DNA of 32,000 nt from Chitinilyticum litopenaei DSM 21440 (GCF_000428145.1 NZ_ATZJ01000007.1:24859-56858), one strand, 5' to 3'; shown: positions 22,589 through 32,000, counted from the first letter of the stretch. Notes: a model not told the origin generated them from the letters alone. A program made the numbers and translations.

Positions 22589-25216
22589 ATGGCAGTCACC
22601 AATGTACAAGAACTCGACGCACTGGTCGCACGGGTTAAAAAGGCGCAGCAACTGTTCGCGACATATTCGCAGGAACAGGTCGACGAAATTTTCCGGGTAG
22701 CGGCACTGGCAGCTGCCGATGCCCGCATCCCGCTGTCCAAGATGGCCGTGTCCGAGACCGGCATGGGCATCGTTGAAGATAAGGTGATCAAGAACCACTT
22801 TGCTTCCGAATACATCTACAACGCCTACAAGGACGAGAAGACCTGCGGCATCCTGTCGGAAGACAAGACCTTCGGCACCATCACCATTGCCGAACCGGTG
22901 GGCATCATTTGCGGCATCGTGCCAACCACCAACCCGACCTCCACGGCAATCTTCAAGGCGCTGATCGCCCTGAAGACCCGCAACGGCATCATCTTCAGCC
23001 CGCACCCGCGTGCGCGCAAATCCACCTGTGAAGCCGCCCGCCTGGTACTGGAGGCCGCCGTGGCCGCCGGCGCCCCGCGCGATATCATCGGCTGGATCGA
23101 CGAGCCGACCGTGGAATTGTCCAACCACCTGATGCGCCACCCGGATCTGAACCTGATCCTCGCAACTGGCGGTCCGGGCATGGTTCGCGCAGCGTATTCG
23201 TCCGGGAAGCCCGCCATTGGTGTGGGTGCAGGCAATACCCCCGTGGTGATTGACGAAACCGCCGACATCAAGCGCGCCGTGGCGTCCATCCTGATGTCCA
23301 AGACTTTCGACAATGGCGTGGTCTGCGCTTCCGAGCAGTCGGTCATCATCGTCGACAGCATCTACGAACAGGTAAAGGAACGCTTCAACAGCAACGGTGG
23401 CTATATCCTCAACAAGAAGGAAACCGAGGCTGTGCGCAAGGTCATTCTGGTCAATGGCGGGCTGAATGCCGAGATCGTTGGCCAGTCTGCGGTGAAAATT
23501 GCCGACATGGCCGGCATCAAGGTGCCGCCGTACACCAAGGTGCTGATCGGCGAAGTGACCTCCGTTGGCGAGGAAGAAGCCTTTGCGCACGAAAAGCTGT
23601 CGCCGACGCTGGCCATGTACCGCGCCAAGGATTTCTTCGACGCGGTTGCCAAGGCCGAAGCGCTGGTGGCGCTGGGTGGTATCGGCCACACCTCGTCGCT
23701 GTACACCGACCAGGATCTGCAGGGTGAACGCATCGCCTACTTCGGCGACAAGATGAAAACCGCCCGTATCCTGATCAATACGCCCTCCTCGCAAGGCGGT
23801 ATCGGCGACTTGTACAACTTCAAGCTGGCGCCGTCGCTGACACTGGGTTGCGGCTCCTGGGGCGGCAACTCGATTTCCGAAAACGTCGGTCCGAAGCACC
23901 TGATCAACAAGAAGACCGTTGCCAAGAGGGCCGAGAACATGTTGTGGCACAAACTGCCGAAGAGCATCTACTTCCGTCGCGGCAGCCTCTCCGTTGCCCT
24001 TGAAGAACTGGCCGGCAAGAAGCGTGCCGCCATCGTCACCGACCGCTACCTGTTCAACAACGGCTATGTGGATGAAACCATCCGTATCCTGAAAAACCAG
24101 GGCATCGAGGTCGAGGTATTCTACGAAGTGGAAGCCGACCCGACGCTGGCCGTCGTGCGCAAGGGCGTGGCCATGCTCAACAGCTTCAAGCCCGACGTCA
24201 TCATCGCGCTCGGTGGTGGCTCGCCGATGGACGCGGCCAAGATCATGTGGGTGATGTACGAGCATCCGGACGTCGCCTTCGAAGACCTGGCACTGCGTTT
24301 CATGGATATCCGCAAGCGGATTTACACCTTCCCGAAGATGGGCATCAAGGCTGAGCTGATCGCGATTCCGACCACATCCGGTACGGGTTCCGAAGTCACA
24401 CCGTTCGCCGTTGTGACCGATGAAAAGAGCGGCATGAAGTACCCTATCGCCGATTACGAACTCACCCCGAACATGGCCATCATTGATGCCAACCTGGTGA
24501 TGAACATGCCGAAGAGCCTGACCGCCTTCGGTGGCATCGACGCGGTAACCCACGCGCTGGAAGCCTATGTATCGGTCATGGCCAACGAGTTCTCCGATCC
24601 GCAAGCGCTGCAGGCACTGAAGCTGCTGAAGCAGCACCTGCCCTCCGCCTACCTCAACGGTGCGAAGGATCCGAAGGCGCGTGAAGGCGTGCACAACGCC
24701 GCAACGATTGCCGGTGTGGCTTTTGCCAACGCCTTCCTTGGCGTATGTCACTCGATGGCGCACAAGATCGGTGCCGAATTCCACCTGGCGCACGGTCTGG
24801 CCAATGCCCTGCTGATCTCGAACGTCATCCGCTACAACGCGGTCGACATTCCGACCAAGCAGACTGCCTTCAGCCAGTACGACCGTCCGCAAGCCAAGTG
24901 CCGTTATGCCGACATCGCCGAACACCTCGGCCTGCCGGGCAAGAACGATGACCAGAAGGTTGAAGCACTGGTAGCCTGGGTCGACGAACTGAAGAAGACC
25001 CTCAACATCCCGGCTTCCATCAAGGATGCCGGCGTGAACGAAGAGGAATTCCTCGCCAAGGTCGACCGCATTGCCGAAGAAGCCTTCGATGACCAGTGTA
25101 CCGGCGCCAACCCGCGCTTCCCGCTGATCTCGGAACTGAAGCAGATCCTGATCGACACCTACTACGGTCGTCCGTATGTCGAAGCCTATCAACGTGAAGA
25201 AGCCAAGGCGAAGTAA
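22589..25216 (+). CDS. adhE: Bifunctional acetaldehyde-CoA/alcohol dehydrogenase
   Basis: 875 aa, RBS AGGAG. The N-terminal ALDH half contains VCASEQS (catalytic Cys). The C-terminal Fe-ADH half contains GGGSPMDAAK and the His-rich metal site (VTHALEAY...CHSMAHK). Collinear with E. coli AdhE. Confidence 0.95.
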   Translation: MAVTNVQELDALVARVKKAQQLFATYSQEQVDEIFRVAALAAADARIPLSKMAVSETGMGIVEDKVIKNHFASEYIYNAYKDEKTCGILSEDKTFGTITIAEPVGIICGIVPTTNPTSTAIFKALIALKTRNGIIFSPHPRARKSTCEAARLVLEAAVAAGAPRDIIGWIDEPTVELSNHLMRHPDLNLILATGGPGMVRAAYSSGKPAIGVGAGNTPVVIDETADIKRAVASILMSKTFDNGVVCASEQSVIIVDSIYEQVKERFNSNGGYILNKKETEAVRKVILVNGGLNAEIVGQSAVKIADMAGIKVPPYTKVLIGEVTSVGEEEAFAHEKLSPTLAMYRAKDFFDAVAKAEALVALGGIGHTSSLYTDQDLQGERIAYFGDKMKTARILINTPSSQGGIGDLYNFKLAPSLTLGCGSWGGNSISENVGPKHLINKKTVAKRAENMLWHKLPKSIYFRRGSLSVALEELAGKKRAAIVTDRYLFNNGYVDETIRILKNQGIEVEVFYEVEADPTLAVVRKGVAMLNSFKPDVIIALGGGSPMDAAKIMWVMYEHPDVAFEDLALRFMDIRKRIYTFPKMGIKAELIAIPTTSGTGSEVTPFAVVTDEKSGMKYPIADYELTPNMAIIDANLVMNMPKSLTAFGGIDAVTHALEAYVSVMANEFSDPQALQALKLLKQHLPSAYLNGAKDPKAREGVHNAATIAGVAFANAFLGVCHSMAHKIGAEFHLAHGLANALLISNVIRYNAVDIPTKQTAFSQYDRPQAKCRYADIAEHLGLPGKNDDQKVEALVAWVDELKKTLNIPASIKDAGVNEEEFLAKVDRIAEEAFDDQCTGANPRFPLISELKQILIDTYYGRPYVEAYQREEAKAK

Positions 25217-25241
25217 GTGATGCTGCCCGGCTGACGATCAA

Positions 25242-25273
25242 ACACCCGTGACCTGCGTCACGGGTGTTTTTTT
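25242..25273 (+). terminator. Rho-independent terminator of adhE
   Basis: ACACCCGTGAC-ctgc-GTCACGGGTGT is an 11-bp perfect stem followed by TTTTTT. It begins 26 bp after the stop codon. Confidence 0.85.
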
Positions 25274-25427
25274 CTGCGCGCCCCGCGCTCGCGCAATTCA
25301 GCAGTGCTGACGCGCATCAAGGCCGGCAAGCTTATTTGAATGAAAATTACGTAGCAGGACAAAACGCAAGGCTTCGTCAGGTTTATAATCGGCGCCAAGC
25401 ATTTTCCCCATACCCAGGAACCATTGC

Positions 25428-26861
25428 ATGCACACCACTTCCCTCCCCCGCGGCACCAAGATCGTCGCAACCCTCGGCCCGGCATCGACCGATCCGGCCG
25501 TGCTGGAAAAGCTGATCGAAGCCGGCGTCAACACCGTGCGCCTCAACTTCTCGCACGGCACGGCCCAGGATCACACCGATCGCGCCAATACCGTGCGCGC
25601 GATTGCCGACAAGCTGGGCCGCCCGGTCGCCATCCTAGCCGATCTGCAAGGCCCGAAGATTCGCATCGGCAAGTTCAAGAACAACAAGATCGAACTCAAG
25701 AAGGGTGAAACCTTCATTCTCGATGCCGCCTGCGAACTGGGCGACCAGACCCGCGTCGGCCTCGATTACAAGGAACTGCCCAACGATGTCGAGCCAGGCG
25801 CCCTGCTCTTGCTGGGCGACGGTGAAATCCAGCTGGAAGTGAATGCGGTCAAGGGCACCGAAGTGCACACCACCGTGCTGTTCGGTGGCGTGCTGTCGAA
25901 CAACAAGGGCATCAACCGCAAGGGCGGCGGCCTGACCGCGCCGGCGCTGACCGCCAAGGACATGGAAGACATCAAGACGGCTGCGGCGCTGAAGGCCGAT
26001 TACATCGCCGTCTCCTTCCCCAAGTCTGCCGCCGACATGTATATGGCCCGCACCCTGCTGCGTGCGGCGGGCGGCACCGGCGGCCTGATCGCCAAGATTG
26101 AGCGCACCGAAGCGGTGGCCAACCTCGACGAAATTCTTGATGCCTCCGACGGCATCATGGTCGCCCGTGGCGACCTGGCCGTGGAAGTGGGCGACGCTGC
26201 CGTGCCGGCCTTGCAGAAAATGATGATCCGCAGCGCGCGCCTGAAGCAGAAGGTCACCATCACCGCCACGCAGATGATGGAATCGATGGTCAACAGCCCG
26301 GTACCGACCCGCGCCGAAGTGTCCGACTGCGCCAACGCCGTGCTGGATGGCACCGACGCGGTGATGCTGTCGGCGGAATCGGCCGCCGGCAAATACCCGG
26401 TCGAGGCCGTGGAAGCTCTGGTGCGCACCTGCATCGAGGCCGAGCGTTCCGGTGAAAGCCGCGTCGACAGCGAATTCGCCAAGGCCGACAGCTTCAAGCG
26501 CATCGACCAGACCGTGGCCATGTCGGTGGTGTATGCCTCCATCCACATGCAGCTGAAGGCGGTTGCCGCGCTGACCAATTCGGGCACGTCCGCGCTGTGG
26601 CTGTCGCGCTATATCGGCAAGGTGCCGGTGTATGCCTTCACCAACTCGGTCGACACCTACCGCAAGATGGCGCTGTATCGCCACATCCAGCCGGTACTGA
26701 TCCCGGTGATCGCCGATCGCGAAGCGGAAATCGTCCATGTGCAGGCCGAACTGCTGCGCGCCGGCAAGGTTGCCGCCGGTGATCGCATCGCCGTTACCTT
26801 CGGCGTTCCGGCCGGCGGTGGCGCCAATTCGCTGCGCATTTTCGACATCACGCAACGCTGA
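25428..26861 (+). CDS. pyk: Pyruvate kinase
   Basis: 477 aa. Motifs are TKIVATLGPAS, VRLNFSHG, MVARGDLAVE and ATQMMESM. RBS AGGA. A TATAAT hexamer lies at 25384-25389, 38 nt upstream of the ATG. Confidence 0.95.
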   Translation: MHTTSLPRGTKIVATLGPASTDPAVLEKLIEAGVNTVRLNFSHGTAQDHTDRANTVRAIADKLGRPVAILADLQGPKIRIGKFKNNKIELKKGETFILDAACELGDQTRVGLDYKELPNDVEPGALLLLGDGEIQLEVNAVKGTEVHTTVLFGGVLSNNKGINRKGGGLTAPALTAKDMEDIKTAAALKADYIAVSFPKSAADMYMARTLLRAAGGTGGLIAKIERTEAVANLDEILDASDGIMVARGDLAVEVGDAAVPALQKMMIRSARLKQKVTITATQMMESMVNSPVPTRAEVSDCANAVLDGTDAVMLSAESAAGKYPVEAVEALVRTCIEAERSGESRVDSEFAKADSFKRIDQTVAMSVVYASIHMQLKAVAALTNSGTSALWLSRYIGKVPVYAFTNSVDTYRKMALYRHIQPVLIPVIADREAEIVHVQAELLRAGKVAAGDRIAVTFGVPAGGGANSLRIFDITQR

Positions 26862-26895
26862 TCCCCACGCAGCCCGCATGGGCTGCGCGGCACAG

Positions 26896-26924
26896 AAAAA
26901 GCCGGCAGCGCTGCCGGCTTTTTT
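26896..26924. terminator. Bidirectional rho-independent terminator between convergent pyk and leuB
   Basis: AAAAA-GCCGGCAGCGCTGCCGGC-TTTTTT is an 18-bp palindrome with an A-tract on one side and a T-tract on the other. It is preceded by a second hairpin, CGCAGCCC-gcat-GGGCTGCG. Confidence 0.8.
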
Positions 26925-26927
26925 ATT

Positions 26928-26975
26928 GGGTATTGCCCTATGGCCCTTTGCAGTAATGGGCTACAAGGCAATACC
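26928..26975. repeat. REP-like palindromic intergenic repeat, copy B
   Basis: Sequence gggtattgcccTATGGCCCTTTGCAGTAATGGGCTACAAggcaatacc. It matches copy A at 41/49 positions and has the same terminal inverted repeat. Confidence 0.7.
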
Positions 26976-26992
26976 TTGTGAGTACACAGGGA

Positions 26993-28057
26993 TTACAGCG
27001 CCGCCACCACCGCATCACCCATCGCCGAGCAGCCGACCTTGGTCGTACCAGCTTCGTAGATATCGGCAGTGCGCAGGCCGTCGGCCAGCACCTTCTTCAC
27101 CGCATTTTCGATGCGCAGTGCCGCAGCTTCCTCGTTGAAGGTGTAACGCAGCAGCATGGCGGCCGAGAGAATGGTCGCCAGCGGGTTGGCGACGTCCTTG
27201 CCGGCGATGTCCGGTGCCGAACCGTGGCTGGGCTCGTACAGGCCCTTGTTGTTGGCGTCCAGCGAGGCACTGGGCAGCATGCCGATGGAGCCGGTCAGCA
27301 TCGACGCTTCATCGCTGAGGATGTCACCGAAGATATTGCCGGTCACCATCACGTCGAACTGCTTGGGCGCCTTCACCAGCTGCATCGCGGCATTGTCGAC
27401 CAGCATGTGGGAAAGCTCCACATCCGGGTATTCCTTGGCCACGTCGCTCATGATTTCCTTCCAGAACTCGGTGGTTTCCAGCACATTGGCCTTGTCGACG
27501 GAGCACACCTTCTTGCCGCGCTTTTGCGCCGCCTGGAAGGCGACGTGACCGATGCGGCGGATTTCCGACTCGGCATACAGCATGGTATTGAAGCCTTCGC
27601 GCTCACCGTTGTCGTTCACGCGGATGCCGCGCGGCTGGCCGAAATAGATGTCGCCAGTCAATTCGCGCACGATCAGGATATCCAGACCGGACACCACTTC
27701 GGGCTTCAGCGTGGATGCATTGGCCAGCTCCGGATACAGAATGGCCGGGCGCAGGTTGGCGAACAGGTTCAGATCCTTGCGGATGGCCAGCAGGCCGCGC
27801 TCAGGACGCAGCGGACGATCCAGCTTGTCATATTGCGGGCCGCCAACGGCACCGAGCAGGATCGCATCGGCTTCGCGCGCCAGCTTCTGCGTGAATTCCG
27901 GATACGGGCTGCCAAATTGATCGTACGCCGCCCCACCCAGCGGCGCCTCGGTCAACTCGATGGGCATTCCCTCAGAAGCCAGCTTGTTCAGCACTTTCTT
28001 CGCTTGCGCGACAATCTCGGGACCAATGCCGTCACCGGGCAGTACCAGAATTTTCAT
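26993..28057 (-). CDS. leuB: 3-isopropylmalate dehydrogenase
   Basis: Starts [15 protein letters not shown] from the ATG at 28057 (RBS GGAG). Motifs are [35 protein letters not shown] and GSAPDIAGK. 354 aa. Confidence 0.95.
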   Translation of the reverse strand: MKILVLPGDGIGPEIVAQAKKVLNKLASEGMPIELTEAPLGGAAYDQFGSPYPEFTQKLAREADAILLGAVGGPQYDKLDRPLRPERGLLAIRKDLNLFANLRPAILYPELANASTLKPEVVSGLDILIVRELTGDIYFGQPRGIRVNDNGEREGFNTMLYAESEIRRIGHVAFQAAQKRGKKVCSVDKANVLETTEFWKEIMSDVAKEYPDVELSHMLVDNAAMQLVKAPKQFDVMVTGNIFGDILSDEASMLTGSIGMLPSASLDANNKGLYEPSHGSAPDIAGKDVANPLATILSAAMLLRYTFNEEAAALRIENAVKKVLADGLRTADIYEAGTTKVGCSAMGDAVVAAL

Positions 28058-28082
28058 AGGTGTTCTCCAGTCAATCAATACA

Positions 28083-28131
28083 GGGTATAGGCCTATAAGC
28101 CATTATTTAAATAGGTTACAGCCATATACCT
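28083..28131. repeat. Degenerate REP-like repeat, copy C
   Basis: Sequence gggtataggcctataagccattatttaaataggttacagccatataccta. It has the same length and framework as copies A and B (GGGTAT...CTAT...AAT.GG.TACAG...ATACC), at about 28/49 identity to A. It lies between the nagB terminator and the leuB start. Confidence 0.4.
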
Positions 28132-28161
28132 AAAGGACAATGCCTTTCATTCAGCAATCAT

Positions 28162-28192
28162 GCCAAAAAGAAAGAGGGGCTAGCCCCTCTTT
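28162..28192 (-). terminator. Rho-independent terminator of nagB
   Basis: The minus strand reads AAAGAGGGGC-ta-GCCCCTCTTT followed by CTTTTTGG. It ends 21 bp after the nagB stop codon. Confidence 0.75.
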
Positions 28193-28212
28193 CCTGCCCA
28201 GGCGGTCGAGTC

Positions 28213-28944
28213 TTACGGCTGGCGCTTGTATTCCACGTCGCAATCGGTCATCACGATCACGCGCGGGTGCGTTTGCAGCAGCGAAGCCGGCACTTGCGTG
28301 GTGATCGGGCCATTCAGAGTGGCATCCAGAATGGCGGCCTTCTCGGCGCCCTTCACCACCAGCAGGATGGCCTTGGCCTGCATGATCGAACCCATGCCCA
28401 TGGTCACGGCGTGCGTCGGCACTTCGTCGAGGCTGTTGAAGAAGCGCTTGTTGGCTTCGCGGGTTTCGTCCTTCAGGGTCACCTTGTAGGTGAAGCGCGA
28501 CAATTGGGTATCCGGCTCGTTGAAGCCGATGTGGCCGTTGTGGCCGATGCCCAGCAGTTGCAGGTCAACCGGACCCTGCTCGTACATCATTTCGTCGTAG
28601 CGGCGGCACTCGGCATCCACATCGGCGGCATTGCCGTTCGGAACATGGGTGTTTTCCGGCTTGATGTCGATGTGGTCGAACAGATTGCGCTGCATGAAGG
28701 CGCGATAGGATTCCGGATGCGTGATCGGCAGGCCGACGTATTCATCCAGATTGAAGGTCTTGGCTTGCGCAAAGCTCACCAGGCCTTGCTGGTAAGACTT
28801 GACGATTTCCTTGTACAGGCCAACCGGAGTACCGCCGGTGGCCATGCCCAGCACGGCGTTCGGCTTGGCGCGCACGGCGGAGATGATGAGATCGGCTGCG
28901 GCGCGATCAAGGTCCGCCTGGTTTTTGAATTTATGCAGGATCAT
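28213..28944 (-). CDS. nagB: Glucosamine-6-phosphate deaminase (short, B. subtilis-type NagB)
   Basis: 243 aa. Motifs are GMATGGTP, FNLDEYVGL and LLGIGHNGHIGFNEP. Confidence 0.85.
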   Translation of the reverse strand: MILHKFKNQADLDRAAADLIISAVRAKPNAVLGMATGGTPVGLYKEIVKSYQQGLVSFAQAKTFNLDEYVGLPITHPESYRAFMQRNLFDHIDIKPENTHVPNGNAADVDAECRRYDEMMYEQGPVDLQLLGIGHNGHIGFNEPDTQLSRFTYKVTLKDETREANKRFFNSLDEVPTHAVTMGMGSIMQAKAILLVVKGAEKAAILDATLNGPITTQVPASLLQTHPRVIVMTDCDVEYKRQP

Positions 28945-29055
28945 GTGAAGTGTTTCCGGTATTGACTAGAAAAGAACAGCATAACTATACGGCAAAAATG
29001 CGGCGGAAAAGTTGACGCAAACGAAATCCGCGCCTTTCTGCCGCATTCCTGTCGT

Positions 29056-29694
29056 TCAGGCAAAAAGCCAGGGCTGTTCCTGCTTGCGCTTGTCTTCAAA
29101 GGCACGAATTTCATCGGCGTGACGCAGGGTCAGGCCGATTTCATCCCAGCCATTCAAGAGGCAGGCCTTGCGGTGCTCGGTAATGTCAAAGCTGAACACC
29201 TGGCCGGACGGGGTGGTAATGGTTTGCGCCGCCAGATCGATATGCAGGCGATAACCCTCGGCTTCCTGCGTTTCGCGGAACAGCTGATCGACCACTTCGG
29301 CGGGCTGCACGATGGGCAAGAGGCCGTTCTTGAAGCAGTTGTTGAAGAAAATGTCGGCAAAGCTCGGCGCGATCAGCGCGCGAAAGCCGAAATCCTCGAT
29401 GGCCCAGGGTGCATGCTCGCGGCTGGAACCACAGCCGAAGTTGTCACGCGCCAGCAGGATCTGCGCGCCGGCATAACGTGGCAGGTTCAACTCGAAATCA
29501 GGGTTGAGCGGACGCTGGCTGTTGTCCATGCCCGGCTCGCCGTGATCCAGATAGCGCCATTCGTCAAACAGATTGGGGCCAAAGCCGGAGCGCTTGATCG
29601 ATTTCAGAAACTGCTTCGGAATAATGGCGTCGGTATCGACATTGGCGCGATCCATCGCGCAGACCAGACCGTGCAATTGGGTGAATGCTTTCAT
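29056..29694 (-). CDS. leuD: 3-isopropylmalate dehydratase small subunit
   Basis: 212 aa. Motifs are [12 protein letters not shown] and [14 protein letters not shown]. Confidence 0.95.
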   Translation of the reverse strand: MKAFTQLHGLVCAMDRANVDTDAIIPKQFLKSIKRSGFGPNLFDEWRYLDHGEPGMDNSQRPLNPDFELNLPRYAGAQILLARDNFGCGSSREHAPWAIEDFGFRALIAPSFADIFFNNCFKNGLLPIVQPAEVVDQLFRETQEAEGYRLHIDLAAQTITTPSGQVFSFDITEHRKACLLNGWDEIGLTLRHADEIRAFEDKRKQEQPWLFA

Positions 29695-29814
29695 TTATTG
29701 TGCTGCCTTCTCGATGGCCTGACCGCCCTTCTTGATGTCTTTACCGATGCCTTCCACGGTATTGCAGGCAGTCAGCGTCAGCAACACAGCACACAAAATG
29801 GAAAAAACGCGCAT
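29695..29814 (-). CDS. Entericidin A/B-family small lipoprotein, 39 aa (not in the ORF track)
   Basis: The minus-strand ORF reads MRVFSILCAVLLTLTACNTVEGIGKDIKKGGQAIEKAAQ, with lipobox LTAC followed by NT..G.G.D. as in EcnA/B. RBS GGGGA. Its TAA directly abuts the leuD ATG. Confidence 0.65.
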   Translation of the reverse strand: MRVFSILCAVLLTLTACNTVEGIGKDIKKGGQAIEKAAQ

Positions 29815-29831
29815 GAGGATTCCCCTTTGAA

Positions 29832-31241
29832 TCAGGCAAAACTGCGGATGTCGACAAAGTGGCCGGCAATCGCCGCCGCTGCGGCCATTTCGGGGCTGAC
29901 CAGATGGGTACGGCCGCCCTGGCCCTGCCGGCCTTCAAAATTGCGGTTGGAGGTCGAGGCGCAGCGCTCGCCCGGCTCCAGGCGGTCGGCGTTCATCGCC
30001 AGACACATGGAGCAACCCGGTTCGCGCCACTCAAAACCGGCGTCGATGAAAATCTTGTCCAGCCCTTCCTCTTCCGCCTGGCGCTTCACCAGCCCGGAGC
30101 CCGGCACAATCAGCACCAGTTTGACGTTATCGGCTTTTTTCCGGCCCTTGACCACCTTGGCGGCTGCGCGCAGGTCTTCGATGCGACTGTTGGTACAGGA
30201 ACCGATGAACACCTTATCGACCGGAATGTCGGTAATCGGGGTGTCGGCTTCCAGCCCCATGTACTGCAGCGCGCGGGTATAGCTGGCCTGCTTGACCGGA
30301 TCGGCCTGGTCGGCGGGATTGGGCACCACGGCAGTCACCGGCAACACCTGCTCAGGGCTGGTGCCCCAGGTCACTTGCGGCGCGATCTCGCTGGCATCGA
30401 GCTCGACCACGGCGTCGAACTGCGCGCCTTCGTCGGATTTCAGCGTGTTCCAGTATGCGACGGCCTTGTCCCACTGCTCGCCCTTGGGGGCGAATTCGCG
30501 CCCCTGCAGGTATTCGGCTGTTTTTTCATCAAACGCCACCATACCGGCACGCGCGCCACCTTCGATGGCCATATTGCACAGCGTCATCCGGCCTTCCATG
30601 GACAGGCCGCGAATCGCGCTGCCGCCGAATTCGATCGCGTAGCCAGTGCCACCGGCGGTGCCGATCTTGCCGATGATGGCGAGCGCGACATCCTTGGCGG
30701 TGACGCCAAAACCGAGTTCGCCGTCAACGCGCACCAGCATGGCCTTGGACTTCTTGGCGACCAGCGTTTGCGTGGCCATCACATGCTCGACTTCGGATGT
30801 GCCAATGCCGTGCGCCAGCGCGGCAAACGCGCCGTGGGTGGACGTGTGGCTGTCGCCGCACACCACGGTCATGCCCGGCAGCGTGGCGCCATGCTCGGGG
30901 CCGATGACGTGGACGATGCCCTGGTTGATGTTCTTGAACGGGTAGTACGCCAGCGCGCCGAATTCCCTGATGTTCGCGTCCAGCGTTTCCACCTGGGTCC
31001 GCGAGATCGGGTCCTGGATGCCTTTGTCCCACTCGTTGGTCGGCGTGTTATGGTCGGCGGTCGACACGATGGAGCTCTTGCGCCAGAGCTGGCGGCCGGC
31101 GAGCTTCAGGCCTTCGAAGGCCTGCGGGCTGGTGACTTCATGCACCAGATGGCGGTCGATATAGATCAGACAGGTGCCGTCGGCTTCCTGGCGCACGATG
31201 TGCGATTCCCAGAGCTTGTCATAGAGTGTTTTGCTGGACAT
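29832..31241 (-). CDS. leuC: 3-isopropylmalate dehydratase large subunit
   Basis: Starts [16 protein letters not shown] from the ATG at 31241 (469 aa). Fe-S and aconitase motifs are [26 protein letters not shown] and CSMCLAMN. The track start at 31307 adds 22 unlikely residues. Confidence 0.95.
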   Translation of the reverse strand: MSSKTLYDKLWESHIVRQEADGTCLIYIDRHLVHEVTSPQAFEGLKLAGRQLWRKSSIVSTADHNTPTNEWDKGIQDPISRTQVETLDANIREFGALAYYPFKNINQGIVHVIGPEHGATLPGMTVVCGDSHTSTHGAFAALAHGIGTSEVEHVMATQTLVAKKSKAMLVRVDGELGFGVTAKDVALAIIGKIGTAGGTGYAIEFGGSAIRGLSMEGRMTLCNMAIEGGARAGMVAFDEKTAEYLQGREFAPKGEQWDKAVAYWNTLKSDEGAQFDAVVELDASEIAPQVTWGTSPEQVLPVTAVVPNPADQADPVKQASYTRALQYMGLEADTPITDIPVDKVFIGSCTNSRIEDLRAAAKVVKGRKKADNVKLVLIVPGSGLVKRQAEEEGLDKIFIDAGFEWREPGCSMCLAMNADRLEPGERCASTSNRNFEGRQGQGGRTHLVSPEMAAAAAIAGHFVDIRSFA

Positions 31242-31316
31242 GCGCGTTCCGCTCAGAAGTGGATCAACAATGTCGACAAGCATACTCAGGGATTGATACC
31301 GGAACAAGACCAGTGT

Positions 31317-31436
31317 TTATACTGGTATAAACGCTAACAGGGTGATGAAAATCGGTTTTCGCCCGATAGCACGCTCCGGGCAAAGCCCGGCACCAATCAC
31401 TTTCTGCACAATCAAGGACTTAGTGCTGTTTTTCAT
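31317..31436 (-). CDS. Candidate 39-aa upstream (leader-type) ORF ahead of leuC; speculative
   Basis: Sequence MKNSTKSLIVQKVIGAGLCPERAIGRKPIFITLLAFIPV, with 14 of 39 residues Leu/Ile/Val. RBS-like GGGGA. It overlaps the hairpins CCGGGC-ttt-GCCCGG and ATCGG-7nt-CCGAT+TTTT on the same strand. There is no run of Leu codons. Confidence 0.2.
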   Translation of the reverse strand: MKNSTKSLIVQKVIGAGLCPERAIGRKPIFITLLAFIPV

Positions 31437-31518
31437 GCGTTTTCCCCGGTTTCGCCGCGCAAAACGAGTACAGGTTGTTTTTCAGCAGCCTTCCCACAGT
31501 CTTCCAGGATAAACACGC

Positions 31519-32000
31519 ATGTCCACACGCCAGCAAGAGCTTGCCGATTTTCTGAAAGCCGTGCGGCTGCGCGCCGATCCGGCGGCCTTCGGCTTTGCCG
31601 GCAGCGCGCGCCGGCGCACCACGGGCCTGCGCCGCGAAGAGGTCGCCCAGCTGGCCGGCATCAGCCCGACCTGGTACACCTGGATCGAACAGGCGCGCGA
31701 AGTCAGCATGTCGGTCGCCGTGCTCGACCGGCTGGCCAATGCCCTGCGCATGGATCCGATGCAGCGCGGCTATCTGTTCGAGCTGGCCGGCAAGCTCGAC
31801 CCCCAGCCTCACCATCCTGAAAGCCGGCTCGATCAGGCGATCATGCAGCAGCTGGTCGATGCGATTGCCACCCCCAGCTACCTGCTGGGCCCGTATTGGG
31901 ACGTGCTGGCCTGGAATGCCGCCGCCGCCGGGCTGTTTGGCCACTGGCCGCGCTCGGGGGAGCCACTGAACCTGCTGGAATATGTGTTTTTTGCCGAGGA
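31519..32000 (+). CDS. MmyB-family XRE transcriptional regulator, 5' part (runs off the right edge)
   Basis: The frame is open from the ATG at 31519 to the window end: MSTRQQELADFLKAVRLRADPAAFGF...RRRTTGLRREEVAQLAGISPTWYTWIEQAREVS. This is the signature HTH of MmyB-like regulators (GLRREEVA.LAG.S..WYT..EQ.R). The onset of the C-terminal ligand-binding domain follows (YLLGPYWDVLAWN). It is absent from the track because it has no stop codon in the window. Confidence 0.75.
   Translation, partial: MSTRQQELADFLKAVRLRADPAAFGFAGSARRRTTGLRREEVAQLAGISPTWYTWIEQAREVSMSVAVLDRLANALRMDPMQRGYLFELAGKLDPQPHHPESRLDQAIMQQLVDAIATPSYLLGPYWDVLAWNAAAAGLFGHWPRSGEPLNLLEYVFFAE

Noticed and set aside
22508-25192. 894-aa ORF on the minus strand, the longest reverse-strand ORF in this part of the window.
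   Set aside because: It is exactly antisense to adhE, whose motifs are unambiguous. Its composition is Gly/Val/Asp/Arg-rich shadow-frame sequence typical of GC-rich antisense frames, and it has no RBS.

Overview
The window is GC-rich chromosomal DNA of betaproteobacterial character (my guess, not verified). It is interrupted at about 14.08-22.43 kb by an AT-richer 8.35-kb filamentous (inovirus-like) prophage.

Host genes, left to right:
- argO (5' fragment) divergent from argP
- pgsA
- an MFS transporter
- an HD-GYP phosphodiesterase
- mfd
- a membrane PAS-GGDEF-EAL protein
- rlmB
- a PlpD-like patatin/Omp85 protein
- [prophage]
- adhE
- pyk
- leuB, nagB, leuD, a 39-aa entericidin-type lipoprotein and leuC, all on the minus strand
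- a candidate leader ORF
- the 5' part of an MmyB-type XRE regulator

Main result: the prophage has a repressor, Rep (gII), a major coat protein, g3p-like and g6p-like proteins, a Zot/pI ATPase and several tiny coat-type ORFs that the ORF track misses. It is bracketed by two directly oriented XerC/XerD dif-like sites. The right site (22403-22430) matches E. coli dif at 23/28 positions. The left site (14079-14106) keeps the central hexamer and the XerD arm but has a degenerate XerC arm. I recognised no integrase, transposase or secretin gene in the element. It therefore looks like an IMEX (integrative mobile element exploiting Xer), and the window probably spans the replication terminus. KOPS-like octamer polarity is consistent with that.

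Downstream of zot, where CTXphi carries ctxAB, the element holds an atypical cargo and regulatory module:
- a KfrA-N-type coiled-coil protein containing a ~300-bp in-frame tandem duplication
- a DUF4124-like membrane-anchored protein
- a small regulator
- an AT-rich operator
- a block of GC-rich hairpins

A ~49-bp palindromic REP-like repeat occurs in three intergenic positions. I saw no rRNA, tRNA or CRISPR array. All protein calls rest on motif recognition by eye; no searches were run.
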